Source: an uncultured Acidobacteriia bacterium (GTDB lineage: Bacteria > Acidobacteriota > Terriglobia > Bryobacterales > Bryobacteraceae). Taken from it: a stretch of 64,000 bases of DNA. Of this stretch, positions 34,748 to 44,632 are shown in pieces (positions within the stretch are counted from its first letter, which is position 1; each line of letters begins with the position of its first letter). The DNA is taken from positions 913-64,912 of the forward strand of contig CAIUOG010000175.1 of assembly GCA_903900705.1 (NCBI GenBank), in the 5' to 3' direction. Both the position numbers and the translations under genes were made by a program. The notes below the pieces were generated by a model. The model was not told the origin of the DNA and searched no databases. It was given only the letters and a program-made list of their open reading frames with translations.

Positions 34748-36268
34748 CTACGCGTCGAGGCGGCGGAGGCGGTCCGCCATGCCGATCTCGCCTTCCGGGC
34801 GCAGCAGCGGGAACAGGATCACGTCGCGAATCGACTGGCGGTTGCTCATCAGCATCACCAGACGGTCGATGCCGAGGCCTTCACCGCCGGTGGGCGGCAT
34901 GCCGAACGACATGGCGCGCAGATAGTCTTCGTCCATCTGGTGCGCTTCGTCGTCGCCGCGATCACGCATCTGCAGTTGGGAATCGAAACGGCGGCGCTGT
35001 TCCATGGGGTTGTTGAGCTCGGTATAGGCGTTGCCGATTTCCATGCCGGCGACGAAGATCTCGAAGCGATCCACCATAGCGGGGTCGTCCGGGCTGTTGT
35101 TGGCCAGCGGCGAGACTTCGATGGGGAATTCGTAGATGATGGTCGGCTGCTGGAGCTTCTTCTCGGCGTGGACCTCGAAAAGGTGGCCGAGAGCCTCACC
35201 CGGCGTGGCCTTGTGGGTGTTGGCGAGGAGCCATTCGGGATTGCGAACGTCGTCCAGGGTGGGGCGTCCATCGCCTTCCCAGAATTCCACCACGGCTTCG
35301 CGCATGGTGAGGCGGCGGACGTTGCCGAAATCGAGCTGCAGATCGCCGTAGGGGACGACGGCGCCGCCGGTGGAATCGAGGGCGATCTGGCGGAGCATTT
35401 CTTCTGTGAAGTCCATCAGGCCCTTGTAATCCGTGTAGGCCTGGTAGAACTCGACCATGGTGAATTCCGGGTTGTGACGGGTGCTGACGCCTTCGTTGCG
35501 GAAGTTACGGTTGATTTCGTAGACCCGTTCGAGACCGCCAACAATCAGGCGCTTGAGGTAGAGTTCGGGGGCGATGCGGAGGTAGAGATCCACATCGAGC
35601 GTGTTGTGATGCGTGACGAACGGGCGCGCCGCCGCTCCGCCGTAGACCGTCTGCATCATGGGCGTTTCCACCTCAATGAAGCCGCGCTCTTCGAGTTGCC
35701 GGCGGATGGAGGAAATCACCTTCGCGCGGGTGACGAAGACGTCGCGCGATTCCGGGTTCGAGATCAGGTCGAGGTAACGCTGGCGATATCGGGTCTCCAC
35801 GTCTTCGAGGCCGTGGAACTTCTCCGGCATGGGCAGCAGGATCTTCGAGAGGAATTCGAGCTTCTCCACATGCAGGCTGAGTTCGCCGGTGCGGGTGCGG
35901 AAGAGGTAGCCATCGGCGCCAATGATGTCGCCGATGTCGAGCAGGTTGAAGAGCGCGTAGTCCTGTTCGGAGATGGCGTCTTTTTTGATGTAGAACTGGA
36001 GCTTCGCGCCGTTCTGCTGCACGTGCATGAAGGCGGCCTTGCCCATGCGGCGCACCGTCTGAATACGCGCGGCGATGCGGACGCGGACCGCTTCGGGAGC
36101 AGGGGGCGGCGGGACCAGTTCTTCCGCCGTCTTATCGCCGTACGCGGCCAGGATCTCCGGGATGGTGTGCGTGTAATCGAAACGCTTCCCGTAGGGTTTG
36201 AAGCCCAGGGCCTCGATTTCCTTTACGCGCGCGGCGCGCTGCTCAAATATTCCGTCTTCCAGCGACAA
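34748..36268 (-). CDS. lysS: lysine--tRNA ligase (class II)
   Basis: 506 aa. Class II motifs are present: FIEVETPMM (motif 1 region), RNEG and GGEGLGIDRLVML (motif 3). Confidence 0.95.
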   Translation of the reverse strand: MSLEDGIFEQRAARVKEIEALGFKPYGKRFDYTHTIPEILAAYGDKTAEELVPPPPAPEAVRVRIAARIQTVRRMGKAAFMHVQQNGAKLQFYIKKDAISEQDYALFNLLDIGDIIGADGYLFRTRTGELSLHVEKLEFLSKILLPMPEKFHGLEDVETRYRQRYLDLISNPESRDVFVTRAKVISSIRRQLEERGFIEVETPMMQTVYGGAAARPFVTHHNTLDVDLYLRIAPELYLKRLIVGGLERVYEINRNFRNEGVSTRHNPEFTMVEFYQAYTDYKGLMDFTEEMLRQIALDSTGGAVVPYGDLQLDFGNVRRLTMREAVVEFWEGDGRPTLDDVRNPEWLLANTHKATPGEALGHLFEVHAEKKLQQPTIIYEFPIEVSPLANNSPDDPAMVDRFEIFVAGMEIGNAYTELNNPMEQRRRFDSQLQMRDRGDDEAHQMDEDYLRAMSFGMPPTGGEGLGIDRLVMLMSNRQSIRDVILFPLLRPEGEIGMADRLRRLDA

Positions 36269-36303
36269 TACGAATCTCCTGTGGGGGTAATCCGTTATTA
36301 TAA

Positions 36304-37053
36304 GTGTTCATTCGAAAAGGCTGGCTCTTGAACCGTTCCCTCTCCATCATTGTGCCCGCCTACAACGAAGAGGCGAGGCTTCCCGAAACACTCCGGCGCA
36401 TTGCAGAATACGTGTCCTCGCGTGAGTTTGCGTTCCATGAAGTGCTGGTGGTGGATGACGGCTCGAAGGATGGCACGGCGGAGGCCGCGCGGCGGTTCGC
36501 GCTGGGGAATCCACATTTCCGCCTGCTGCAAAACCCGGGGAACCGGGGCAAGGGATACTCCGTGCGGCACGGCATGCTGGAGGCAAAAGGCGACTGGTGC
36601 CTGTTTACCGATGCCGATCTTTCCGCGCCGATTGAAGAGCTGGAGCGGTTATGGCCGGCGGTAGGCGACGGTACGGAGATTGCGATCGGCTCCCGCGCGC
36701 TGGACCGGAGCCTGATCGGGACGCATCAGCCCGGCCTGCGGGAATCGGCGGGCCGCGTGTTCAATCTCGTGATGCAGCTTGCGACGAGCTTGCCGTTTGC
36801 CGATACGCAGTGCGGCTTCAAGCTCTTCCGGCGGGATGTGGCGAAAGAGGTCTTTTCACGGCAGTTGCTGGAACGTTTCGGGTTCGATGTGGAGATTCTC
36901 TTCATCGCCCGGAAACGTGGCTTCCGGATTGCGGAAGTGCCTGTGCGGTGGAACCATGCGGAAGGCAGTAAGGTGAGCATGTTCACCGGCCTGCATGCGT
37001 TTGGGGAACTGGCGCAGGTCCGGTGGAACGATCTGACCGGCAGGTACCGTTAA
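36304..37053 (+). CDS. family 2 glycosyltransferase (dolichyl-/polyprenyl-phosphate glucosyltransferase-like)
   Basis: SIIVPAYNEE, VVDDGSKDGT and TDADLS (DxD) motifs. Confidence 0.85.
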   Translation: MFIRKGWLLNRSLSIIVPAYNEEARLPETLRRIAEYVSSREFAFHEVLVVDDGSKDGTAEAARRFALGNPHFRLLQNPGNRGKGYSVRHGMLEAKGDWCLFTDADLSAPIEELERLWPAVGDGTEIAIGSRALDRSLIGTHQPGLRESAGRVFNLVMQLATSLPFADTQCGFKLFRRDVAKEVFSRQLLERFGFDVEILFIARKRGFRIAEVPVRWNHAEGSKVSMFTGLHAFGELAQVRWNDLTGRYR

Positions 37054-37068
37054 CGGCTGGCCGGCTTT

Positions 37069-38328
37069 TCAGCTCCGCAGGGCGAGCAGTTGCCGTGCGT
37101 CCTCCCGGAACCGGGGCAGGCGGAGCCCGAAAACGATGGCGGTGACCAGGCAGCAGGCAGCGCCGAACGCGAGGGTGGCGGGTGCGCCAAAATGGTCGGC
37201 TTCGAAGCCGGCGGCCATCGCGCCGATGGGGTTCATCCCGATCAGCATCATCGAATACACGCTCATCACGCGACCGCGAAAGTGGTCGGGACACATTGAC
37301 TGGATCAGGGTGTTGGTGGCGCCGATGTGGATCATCATGGCGAACCCGCCCGCGAACATCAGGAAGCAGGAGAGCGGCAGGCTCCTCGAAAAAGCGAACC
37401 CAAACAGGGCGGCCGGGAAGACGGAACTGGCGCCCACCAGCCAGCGGCTCAGGCCGTTGACGCCGGTGCGGGAGGCGAGCAGCAGCGCGCCGCCGGTCGC
37501 GCCCAGACCCACGGAGCTCATGAGCCAGCCAAAGGCGGGCGAGCCTCCGTGCAGGATGGCGTCCGCAAAGATCGGCATCAGAACCGTGAAGGGCAGACCG
37601 GCGAAGCTCAGGATGGCGAGCACGGTGAGCAGGCTGCGGATGGGACTGGTTCGCGCCACATAGCCAAAACCCTCTCGAATGTTCTCCCACGCGGAGGCCG
37701 TTTGTGGCTGCGGCGTGAATGGCGCGAGGCGCATCATCAGAAGCCCGGCAATGACGGCCACGTAGCTGATGCCGTTGGCGAAGAAACACCAGCCTTCCCC
37801 GATTTTTGCCACGAGAACCCCCGCCACGGCGGGGCCAACCAGCCGGGCCGCGTTAAACATGGTGGAGTTCAGCGCGATCGCGTTGATCATGTCTTCCCTG
37901 CCGACCATCTCGACGAGGAACGACTGACGCGCCGGGATGTCAAAGGCGCTCACCGTCCCCAGCAGGGTGGAGAGAACGAACAGTTCCCAGATCTGAATGC
38001 GGTTCGCGAGCGTCAGCCAGGCGAGCAGCAGGGCCAGAATCATGGAGGCAGTCTGAGTGGCGATGACGATCCGGTGCCGGTTCCAGCGGTCGGCCAGGTG
38101 CCCGCCGATGGGGGAGATGATAAAGACGGGAATCTGGCTGGCAAAACTGACCAGGCCCAGCAGGACCGAGGAGCCGGTGAGGCGGTAGACCAGCCAGGCC
38201 TGGGCGACCGATTGCATCCAGGTACCGGTGAGGGAAATGACCTGGCCGGTGAAAAACAGCTGGAAATTCCGGTGCCGCAGGGCACGCAGAGTGGTCGCGG
38301 TGGTGGTGACGATTCCCCTGGGTCCCAT
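37069..38328 (-). CDS. MFS transporter (MFS_3/EntS-like, paralogue of 8982-10211)
   Basis: 419 aa with about 12 TM segments. Contains the GGHLADRWNRHRIV loop motif. Confidence 0.85.
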   Translation of the reverse strand: MGPRGIVTTTATTLRALRHRNFQLFFTGQVISLTGTWMQSVAQAWLVYRLTGSSVLLGLVSFASQIPVFIISPIGGHLADRWNRHRIVIATQTASMILALLLAWLTLANRIQIWELFVLSTLLGTVSAFDIPARQSFLVEMVGREDMINAIALNSTMFNAARLVGPAVAGVLVAKIGEGWCFFANGISYVAVIAGLLMMRLAPFTPQPQTASAWENIREGFGYVARTSPIRSLLTVLAILSFAGLPFTVLMPIFADAILHGGSPAFGWLMSSVGLGATGGALLLASRTGVNGLSRWLVGASSVFPAALFGFAFSRSLPLSCFLMFAGGFAMMIHIGATNTLIQSMCPDHFRGRVMSVYSMMLIGMNPIGAMAAGFEADHFGAPATLAFGAACCLVTAIVFGLRLPRFREDARQLLALRS

Positions 38329-38462
38329 GGACGGCTGCCTGTTTCCATGGTAGCTCCAGGGTTTGATTTATAAGGGTTTTGAAACTTTTCGCGGCTGACA
38401 GTTGCAATTCCCCGCGTATTCAGGCACGATGGAAAGTTTTCACCCCTCTTCCCAAATACTGA

Positions 38463-39416
38463 ATGCGGCTACGAGTCCTCTATCACGACCACTGTTTCGA
38501 CGGCGCGGCCTCCGCGGCCTGGTTCAGCCGCTTTATGCGGGGCGCTTTTTACCCCGAAGCGGAGTTCCGGTACACGGGAATGGCGCACCGCGCCAGCCAG
38601 ATTTTTGATGACAGCCTGTTTGACGGCGACGAGAACGCCATCGTCGACTTCAAGTATTCGAACAACGAAAAGCTCACCTGGTGGTTCGATCATCACCAGA
38701 GCGCCTTTCTGACGCCGGAAGACGCGAAGCATTTTCACGATCATCCGTCGAAACAGAAAATGTTCGATCCGTCGTTCAAGAGCTGCACAAACTACATCCG
38801 TACGAAAGCCGAGGAGATCTGGGGCTTCCGCGCGCCGGAGCTCGATGACCTGGTGCACTGGGCGAATATCATCGACGGGGCGCAGTACTCAGACCCGAAG
38901 ACGGCCGTGGAACTGGGCGCGCCGGCGATGAAACTGACGCTGGTGATCGAGGGTTCCAAGGGTTCGGATACGGTTCAGAAGATCATCGGCTACATGCAGC
39001 ACATGCCGCTGGCGGAAATCATTGAGCTGCCGGAGATTCAGGCGATTTACCAGCCGCTCTATGAACGGCATCTGAAGTCCCTGCACATCATCCGGGAACA
39101 GGCCGAAGAAACGGGCGGGGTGATCACGTTCGATCTGACCGGCTATGACCTCGAAGGCTACAACAAGTTCATTCCGTACTACATTTTCCCGACCGGAATT
39201 TACACGGTGGCGGTGAGTCCGTCGAGTTTCCGGACCAAGATCTCGGTGGGTTCGAATCCGTGGGCGCCGGTGGAACCGACGCACAACCTGGCCTCCATCT
39301 GCGAACGCTACGGCGGCGGCGGGCATGCGCGGGTAGGCGCCATCAGTCTGGAGCCCGGGCAGGTGACCGAGGCCCGGCGGATTGCGGCGGAAGTGGCCGC
39401 GGAACTGCGCAGCTAG
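38463..39416 (+). CDS. DHH/DHHA1 family phosphoesterase (NrnB-like)
   Basis: YHDHCFDGAASAA is a DHH motif I variant, as in NrnB-type H-x-D-x-DG. DHHQS is present, and the C-terminal ERYGGGGH is the DHHA1 GGGH motif. Confidence 0.65.
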   Translation: MRLRVLYHDHCFDGAASAAWFSRFMRGAFYPEAEFRYTGMAHRASQIFDDSLFDGDENAIVDFKYSNNEKLTWWFDHHQSAFLTPEDAKHFHDHPSKQKMFDPSFKSCTNYIRTKAEEIWGFRAPELDDLVHWANIIDGAQYSDPKTAVELGAPAMKLTLVIEGSKGSDTVQKIIGYMQHMPLAEIIELPEIQAIYQPLYERHLKSLHIIREQAEETGGVITFDLTGYDLEGYNKFIPYYIFPTGIYTVAVSPSSFRTKISVGSNPWAPVEPTHNLASICERYGGGGHARVGAISLEPGQVTEARRIAAEVAAELRS

Positions 39417-40490
39417 GTGCCCACAGTCAGCGCAGCCGGTTTTCGCGCCTGGGCCATCCGGGTGCTTTGTGCGGCCGGGGTGAGCGAAGAGCATGCGGAC
39501 CTGGTGGCGACATCCCTGACGGCGGCGAGCCTGCGCGGTGTGGATTCGCACGGTTTCCACCTGCTGCCGAGTTACCTCGAACAGATTGCCGCCGGCGATG
39601 TGGACCCTTCGCAGACCGGGCGGGTGGTGACGGAATCAGGCGCGCTGCTGCTCTATGACGGCTGCAACGGGCTGGGCCAGGTGGTGGCGGATACCTGCTG
39701 CGACCATGCGATCCGCCTCGCGAAAACACACGGGCTGGGCATGGTGACGGCGCGCGAGTCCAACCACTTCGGTACGGCGGCCTGGTGGGCGATGAAGATG
39801 GCGGCGCAGGGGCAGATCGGGCTGGCGTTTTGCAATGCCTCGCCGATTGTTGCGCCATGGCAGGGGAAGGAAGGGCGCTTCGGCACCAATCCGATCTGCA
39901 TGGCGGTGCCGGTGGGCAAGCGCGATCCGTGGCTGCTCGACATGGCGACGACCACGGTGGCGGCGAACCGGATCTTCAAGGCTTACAACAATCACGAGCC
40001 CTCCATCCCGGCAGGTTGGGCAATGGACCGGGACGGCGTTGCCACCACCGACACAGGGGCGGCTTACGCGGGCCTGCTGATGCCGCTGGGGGGCTACAAG
40101 GGCTCCGGGCTGGCAATGATGGTGGAGATCCTCTGCGGCGTGATCAGCGGCGGGGCGATGAGTACACAACTGGGCGGGCTGCGGGTGCGAGGCAAGCGGT
40201 TCCGGGCGAGCCAGACGTTTATCGCGATTGACGTGACGCGGGTGCAGCCGGAGTTCGAAGACCGGATCGACTGGCTGATTGAACATGTGAAATCCGCCGC
40301 GCCGGCGCAGGGGTTCGACGAGGTGCTGGTGGCCAACGAGCCGGAACTGCGGATGGAACGCGAACGGCTGCGCACCGGGATTCCGATTCCGGACGGGACG
40401 TGGGAAGCGCTGGTGAAGGGCGCGGCTCGGGTGGGCATCGGCGAACCGGAGCGCTTTTTCGCGGCTGGCCAGGGAGACAATCAGGTTTGA
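39417..40490 (+). CDS. Ldh_2 family (malate/L-lactate/sulfolactate dehydrogenase-like) oxidoreductase
   Basis: 357 aa with a GTG start abutting the upstream stop. The pattern GVDSHG..., NHFG.. and GGYKGSGLAMMVEIL is typical of Ldh_2. Confidence 0.8.
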   Translation: MPTVSAAGFRAWAIRVLCAAGVSEEHADLVATSLTAASLRGVDSHGFHLLPSYLEQIAAGDVDPSQTGRVVTESGALLLYDGCNGLGQVVADTCCDHAIRLAKTHGLGMVTARESNHFGTAAWWAMKMAAQGQIGLAFCNASPIVAPWQGKEGRFGTNPICMAVPVGKRDPWLLDMATTTVAANRIFKAYNNHEPSIPAGWAMDRDGVATTDTGAAYAGLLMPLGGYKGSGLAMMVEILCGVISGGAMSTQLGGLRVRGKRFRASQTFIAIDVTRVQPEFEDRIDWLIEHVKSAAPAQGFDEVLVANEPELRMERERLRTGIPIPDGTWEALVKGAARVGIGEPERFFAAGQGDNQV

Positions 40491-40678
40491 AACTTCCATC
40501 GGGAATTGCGATTTTGCTGCTGGCCTCGCTGGCCGGATGCGGACAGAAACACGAGGCCGTTCGGCACTGCGTGGACGAGGGCGGCGCGTCGGTGGCGGAC
40601 GCCAAGTGCGAAGGCACGCCGGAGCCCGGCGACCATCACAAGTACGCGTGGGTCTATTCGCCGGTCCCGGCGAAATAG
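40487..40678 (+). CDS. small lipoprotein (63 aa, TTG start)
   Basis: The frame continues LKLPSGIAILLLASLAGCGQKHE with the lipobox LAGC. The TTG at 40487 overlaps the upstream TGA, and AGGGAGA lies 10 nt upstream. Confidence 0.4.
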   Translation: MKLPSGIAILLLASLAGCGQKHEAVRHCVDEGGASVADAKCEGTPEPGDHHKYAWVYSPVPAK

Positions 40679-40708
40679 CCGACAGGGCCGTTATATAGTC
40701 GTCTCTGC

Positions 40709-41995
40709 ATGAGACGCCTGGCCGTATTCCTTCTTTCTGCAAGCGCCCTTTGCGGGCAGCTTCATCCGTTACAACAGCTGATTGACGCGGCGCGCATAGG
40801 CGATACCGCCACGTTGCGGGCATCCTTTGCCGGCGGTCTGCCGGGCATGAATGGCCGGGATGGCGCGGCGGTCTGGGGTCAGGACTTCCTCTTCGCGGTG
40901 GAATCGGAGACGACCGCCACGGTGGCGATTGACCATCAGCCGCCGGTTCCGATGACGAATATCCCGGGCACGAAGTATTGGTACCGGCTGATGACGCTGC
41001 GACTCGGTACCACGCACAACTACAACTATTTCGCCGACGGCAAGTCGCTGGGGACGTATGACGTGGGCGGGTATAACCCGGATTCGTATCCCCTGCCCGG
41101 CGTGGCGCCCGGCGTGGCGCCCGGCGTGGCGAAGGGTACGCTTTCGGCGATGAAGACGCTGCGGAGCAGGATCTATCCGGGCATGTCTTCCAACTACTGG
41201 GTTTACGTGAACGCCGGGGCGGATCTCACAAGCGGCGCGCCGCTGATGGTCTGGCAGGACGGCGAGACCATCGTGGGGAACCAGGATCTGCTGCGACTCC
41301 GGCTGCAGATCGTGTCCGACAACCTGGTGGCGAAGAAGCGAATTCCGCCCATGGTGCATGTGCTGATTCAGCCAGGCTCCGGCGGCGAGGCCACCGGGAC
41401 CCGCATGCGGAGCATTCTCTACGACACGGTTTCCGACCGCTACAGCCGCTATCTGCTGGAGGAAGTGCTGCCGGAGGTGGAGAAGACTTACAAGATCCGG
41501 CAGGATGGGTATTCGCGGGCCATTGCGGGGGCGTCTTCGGGCGCCATCTGCGCGTTCAACGTGGCCTGGTATCAGCCGGAACAGTTCAGCCGGGTGCTGA
41601 GCCATATCGGCAGCTATGTGGCGCTGCAGTGGCACGCGGAGCAGGGTCTGGATGGCGGGTACATCGTGTCGCAGAAGGTGCGTTGGGATGCGAAGAAGAA
41701 CCTGCGGGTTTGGCTTTCCGATGGCATGGACGATCAGGAAGCGGGGGCCGGCAGCTGGCCGCTGAACAACATCCTGCTGGCGAACTCGCTCAAAGTGAAG
41801 GGTTACGACTTCCACTTCCGCTTTGGCGAAGGGATGCATGCGATCGCGCAGGGGGCGATGGATCTGCCGGAGTCGCTCGCGTGGCTGTGGCGGGATTATG
41901 ACCCGGCGAAGACACGGCAGGAGTACCAGATGGACGAGGCGGAGAAGGCACGTCCGGTATTCCGGGTGAAAATTTCGAACCGGGAAGCCTGGTAG
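40709..41995 (+). CDS. enterochelin-esterase-like alpha/beta hydrolase (putative esterase family) with N-terminal Ig-like domain
   Basis: Signal peptide. SRYLLEEVLPEVEKTY, plus AIAGASSGA as the nucleophile elbow (G-x-S-x-G). Confidence 0.75.
   Translation: MRRLAVFLLSASALCGQLHPLQQLIDAARIGDTATLRASFAGGLPGMNGRDGAAVWGQDFLFAVESETTATVAIDHQPPVPMTNIPGTKYWYRLMTLRLGTTHNYNYFADGKSLGTYDVGGYNPDSYPLPGVAPGVAPGVAKGTLSAMKTLRSRIYPGMSSNYWVYVNAGADLTSGAPLMVWQDGETIVGNQDLLRLRLQIVSDNLVAKKRIPPMVHVLIQPGSGGEATGTRMRSILYDTVSDRYSRYLLEEVLPEVEKTYKIRQDGYSRAIAGASSGAICAFNVAWYQPEQFSRVLSHIGSYVALQWHAEQGLDGGYIVSQKVRWDAKKNLRVWLSDGMDDQEAGAGSWPLNNILLANSLKVKGYDFHFRFGEGMHAIAQGAMDLPESLAWLWRDYDPAKTRQEYQMDEAEKARPVFRVKISNREAW
41096..41131 (+). 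repeat. 12-bp in-frame tandem repeat, 3 copies (encodes GVAPGVAPGVA)
   Basis: CCCGGCGTGGCG occurs three times. Confidence 0.9.
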
Positions 41996-42056
41996 CCACG
42001 TCTGCAATAACAGCGCTGGGTTTGGGTGCTATCCTCACAAAAAGGTTTCGAACGCG

Positions 42057-42932
42057 ATGAGGCTCCGCAAGGCGCTGTGGCTTACCGGGGGTGGTCTGGC
42101 GCTTCTCACGGCGCTGTACGCCGGCGCCTCGTTCCAGGGAAGTAACGGATCGGGGCCGCGACCGTTCCGCGTGTATTCGAGCCTGGAACCCTTCGACGAC
42201 ATTGGCCTGCCGGACGACTACCTGGAGAAGACCGAGTGGGTGCAGGCGCGGCTGATGTATCCGCCCCATCCCTACGGTCGCTTTTCCCGGCCTCTGCGCT
42301 TTGGCGGCAACCGCGACTGGCGCGAGGGCGGGACCAGCTGGTCGCAGGACTATCCCCGCGCCGACCGCAATTTTGCCATGGCGATGCGCCGCCTGACGCG
42401 CGTGCATGTGCGGTCCGTGGAGCAGCCGGTCAATCCCGACGATGGCGACGATATCTTTAACTGGCCCTGGATGGTGGTGGGCGAAATGGGCGACTGGAAG
42501 CTCACTGAAGCCCAGGCGCTGAAGGTTCGCGAATACCTGCTGCGCGGCGGCTTCCTCATGATGGACGACTGGTGGGGTTCACGCGAATGGGCGCGCTTCA
42601 TGGACAGCATGGCGATCATCTTCCCCGACCGCGACATTGTGGAGATTGACGACAAAGACCCGATTTTCCACATTGTCTACGACCTGGACGAGCGGTACCA
42701 GATTCCCGGACAGTGGGCGCTGCGGCAGGGCACGACGTACCGCGACGACGGCGCAACGCCACACTGGCGAGGCATTTACGATGACCACGGGCGGCTGATG
42801 GTGGCGATGTCGTTCAACTCCGACATTGGCGATTCGTGGGAGTGGGCCGATAGTCCGCGCTATCCGGAGAAGTATTCGGCACTGGGAATCCGGATCGGCG
42901 TGAATGACGCGGTTTATTCCATGACCCACTAA
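42057..42932 (+). CDS. DUF4159 domain-containing protein
   Basis: N-terminal TM segment. WSQDYPRADRNFAMAMRRLT, NWPWMVVGEMGDWKLTEAQALKVREYLLRGGFLMMDDWW matches my memory of DUF4159. Confidence 0.7.
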   Translation: MRLRKALWLTGGGLALLTALYAGASFQGSNGSGPRPFRVYSSLEPFDDIGLPDDYLEKTEWVQARLMYPPHPYGRFSRPLRFGGNRDWREGGTSWSQDYPRADRNFAMAMRRLTRVHVRSVEQPVNPDDGDDIFNWPWMVVGEMGDWKLTEAQALKVREYLLRGGFLMMDDWWGSREWARFMDSMAIIFPDRDIVEIDDKDPIFHIVYDLDERYQIPGQWALRQGTTYRDDGATPHWRGIYDDHGRLMVAMSFNSDIGDSWEWADSPRYPEKYSALGIRIGVNDAVYSMTH

Positions 42933-42942
42933 AGACGATGCA

Positions 42943-43419
42943 CTAAACCGGAATCAGAATATCGAATTCCGAATCCGGCGAATCCGGTCGAAAACGCTCA
43001 TCGTAGACTTCGAGGTGCGGCACGTTGCGGGCTTTGGAACCGGAACGCGGCAGCCAGTAACCATAGGCGAAGCGAACGGTTTGGGGCAGATCCATCACGG
43101 AACCCTTGTGGGTGAAAACGGCGTAGCGCCCGGGGGGTACCGTGATCTTCTCCATGCCGTCGGGAACCGGGGCCGATTCGTCTGCCTCGAAGCCCGCGAT
43201 ATAGCGCAGTTCATCCTGATGAGTCATGGAATTCTTGTCCGCGATCAGCGTGATCACGCCGTAGGTGGTGGCGGGAAGCGGCTTGTGCCGGAGGATCAGC
43301 CGGCCCCACAGCGCGCCAATCACCTCCTGCGCATTGGCCTGGGGAGACATGACGCCGATGAAGTTCCCCGCGACGCCCACGATGGTTTTGCCCGCTAGTT
43401 CGATAAAGGTTGGCTGCAT
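42943..43419 (-). CDS. GyrI-like / AraC-effector-binding (SOUL-like) small-molecule-binding domain protein
   Basis: 158 aa. The ELAGKTIVGV ... YAVFTHKG ... YGYWLPRSG ... LEVYDERF pattern is present. Confidence 0.7.
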   Translation of the reverse strand: MQPTFIELAGKTIVGVAGNFIGVMSPQANAQEVIGALWGRLILRHKPLPATTYGVITLIADKNSMTHQDELRYIAGFEADESAPVPDGMEKITVPPGRYAVFTHKGSVMDLPQTVRFAYGYWLPRSGSKARNVPHLEVYDERFRPDSPDSEFDILIPV

Positions 43420-44594
43420 GATTTTGAATTATTCAGGATACGCCAAAGCGCATAGCCCGCAATCGGGAACAGAGTGGCGATCCGGAAGGCCAGTTCGTAG
43501 TTGTGCTGATCGAACAAGCGGCCGAAAGACGGGCTGGTTAAGGCTACCACGGCGCTCCAGGAGCCCGCGCCGATGCCGGAGAGCAGCCCGGCATGGTCAG
43601 ACGGGAACATGCGGGTAACGTAGGCCACCGCGAGCACCACAAAGCCGGAAAGCGCGAACATGGCAAGGAACATTTCCGCCAGCACCAGACCGCCCGAGGG
43701 CAGCGAGTGCAGGAACCAGAGCGGCAGGCTCAGCAGCATGCAGGCCAGCAGCAGGCCCCGGAAACGCGGGCCGAACCGGTCGAGAATGGTGCCCCAGATG
43801 AAGTAGCCGACCTCCCAGCCGAGCGGCGGAATCCAGAGCACTTTTCCCAAAGTCGCCTGTTCCCAGCCGAACCGGGCATGCAGGTAGAGCGAGGAATCGT
43901 AGAGGATCATGCCCAGCGGCATCGCGCCCAGCGCGTAGGCGGAGATGTACGCCCAGACCGCGGGGTGCTTCCACGGGAAAGCCGCCGTGGTGTATTCAGT
44001 GCGCCGGTCCACGCCGCGCCCGACGAACTGCCAAAGAATCAACCAGAGCATGCCGAACGAACCCGTTACAAAAAACGCCCCGTGCCAGCCGAACCGGAGC
44101 GCAATCGGGGTGACGATGAACGGGGTGATCATGGCCCCGAGAGAGCCGCCGCTATAGGCGAGGGCGAGGCCGCGGCCGCGTTTCGAGGGCGGCAGGGTCT
44201 GGGTGACGGTGCGGAGTCCGCCGGGGAAGGTAGCGCCCTCCCCCGCCCCCAGCACGGCGCGGGCGATGCCGAAGCTCATAAAACCGGTGGCCCAGGTGTG
44301 GGCGATGGCCGCCACGCTCCAGAGGCCCACGGCGGCGGTCATGCCCCGGCGCACGCCCCAGCGATCAAGCAGGCGGCCCCAGAGCGGGTTGCCGACCATG
44401 TAGGCGATGGAGAAGCAGGAGATGATGAAACCATACTGCTCAGCGTTTAAATGCGTCTCCCGAAGGATCACCGGGGCGAGAATCGCCATGGTGTTGCGGT
44501 CCACATAGCTGATGAAGGAGACCAGCAGCATGGAAACCGAAGGCAGCCAGGTGTATTTGTCGATGTACGGGCGGGCAGGGTTTTGCGGGCTCAA
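43395..44594 (-). CDS. MFS transporter (anion:cation symporter-like)
   Basis: 399 aa with 12 TM segments. Contains the GRLLDRWGVRRG loop motif. Confidence 0.85.
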   Translation of the reverse strand: MSPQNPARPYIDKYTWLPSVSMLLVSFISYVDRNTMAILAPVILRETHLNAEQYGFIISCFSIAYMVGNPLWGRLLDRWGVRRGMTAAVGLWSVAAIAHTWATGFMSFGIARAVLGAGEGATFPGGLRTVTQTLPPSKRGRGLALAYSGGSLGAMITPFIVTPIALRFGWHGAFFVTGSFGMLWLILWQFVGRGVDRRTEYTTAAFPWKHPAVWAYISAYALGAMPLGMILYDSSLYLHARFGWEQATLGKVLWIPPLGWEVGYFIWGTILDRFGPRFRGLLLACMLLSLPLWFLHSLPSGGLVLAEMFLAMFALSGFVVLAVAYVTRMFPSDHAGLLSGIGAGSWSAVVALTSPSFGRLFDQHNYELAFRIATLFPIAGYALWRILNNSKSCSQPLSN

Positions 44595-44632
44595 GTAAGT
44601 TCAGATGATACACTGACGGAGACTTCCATAGG

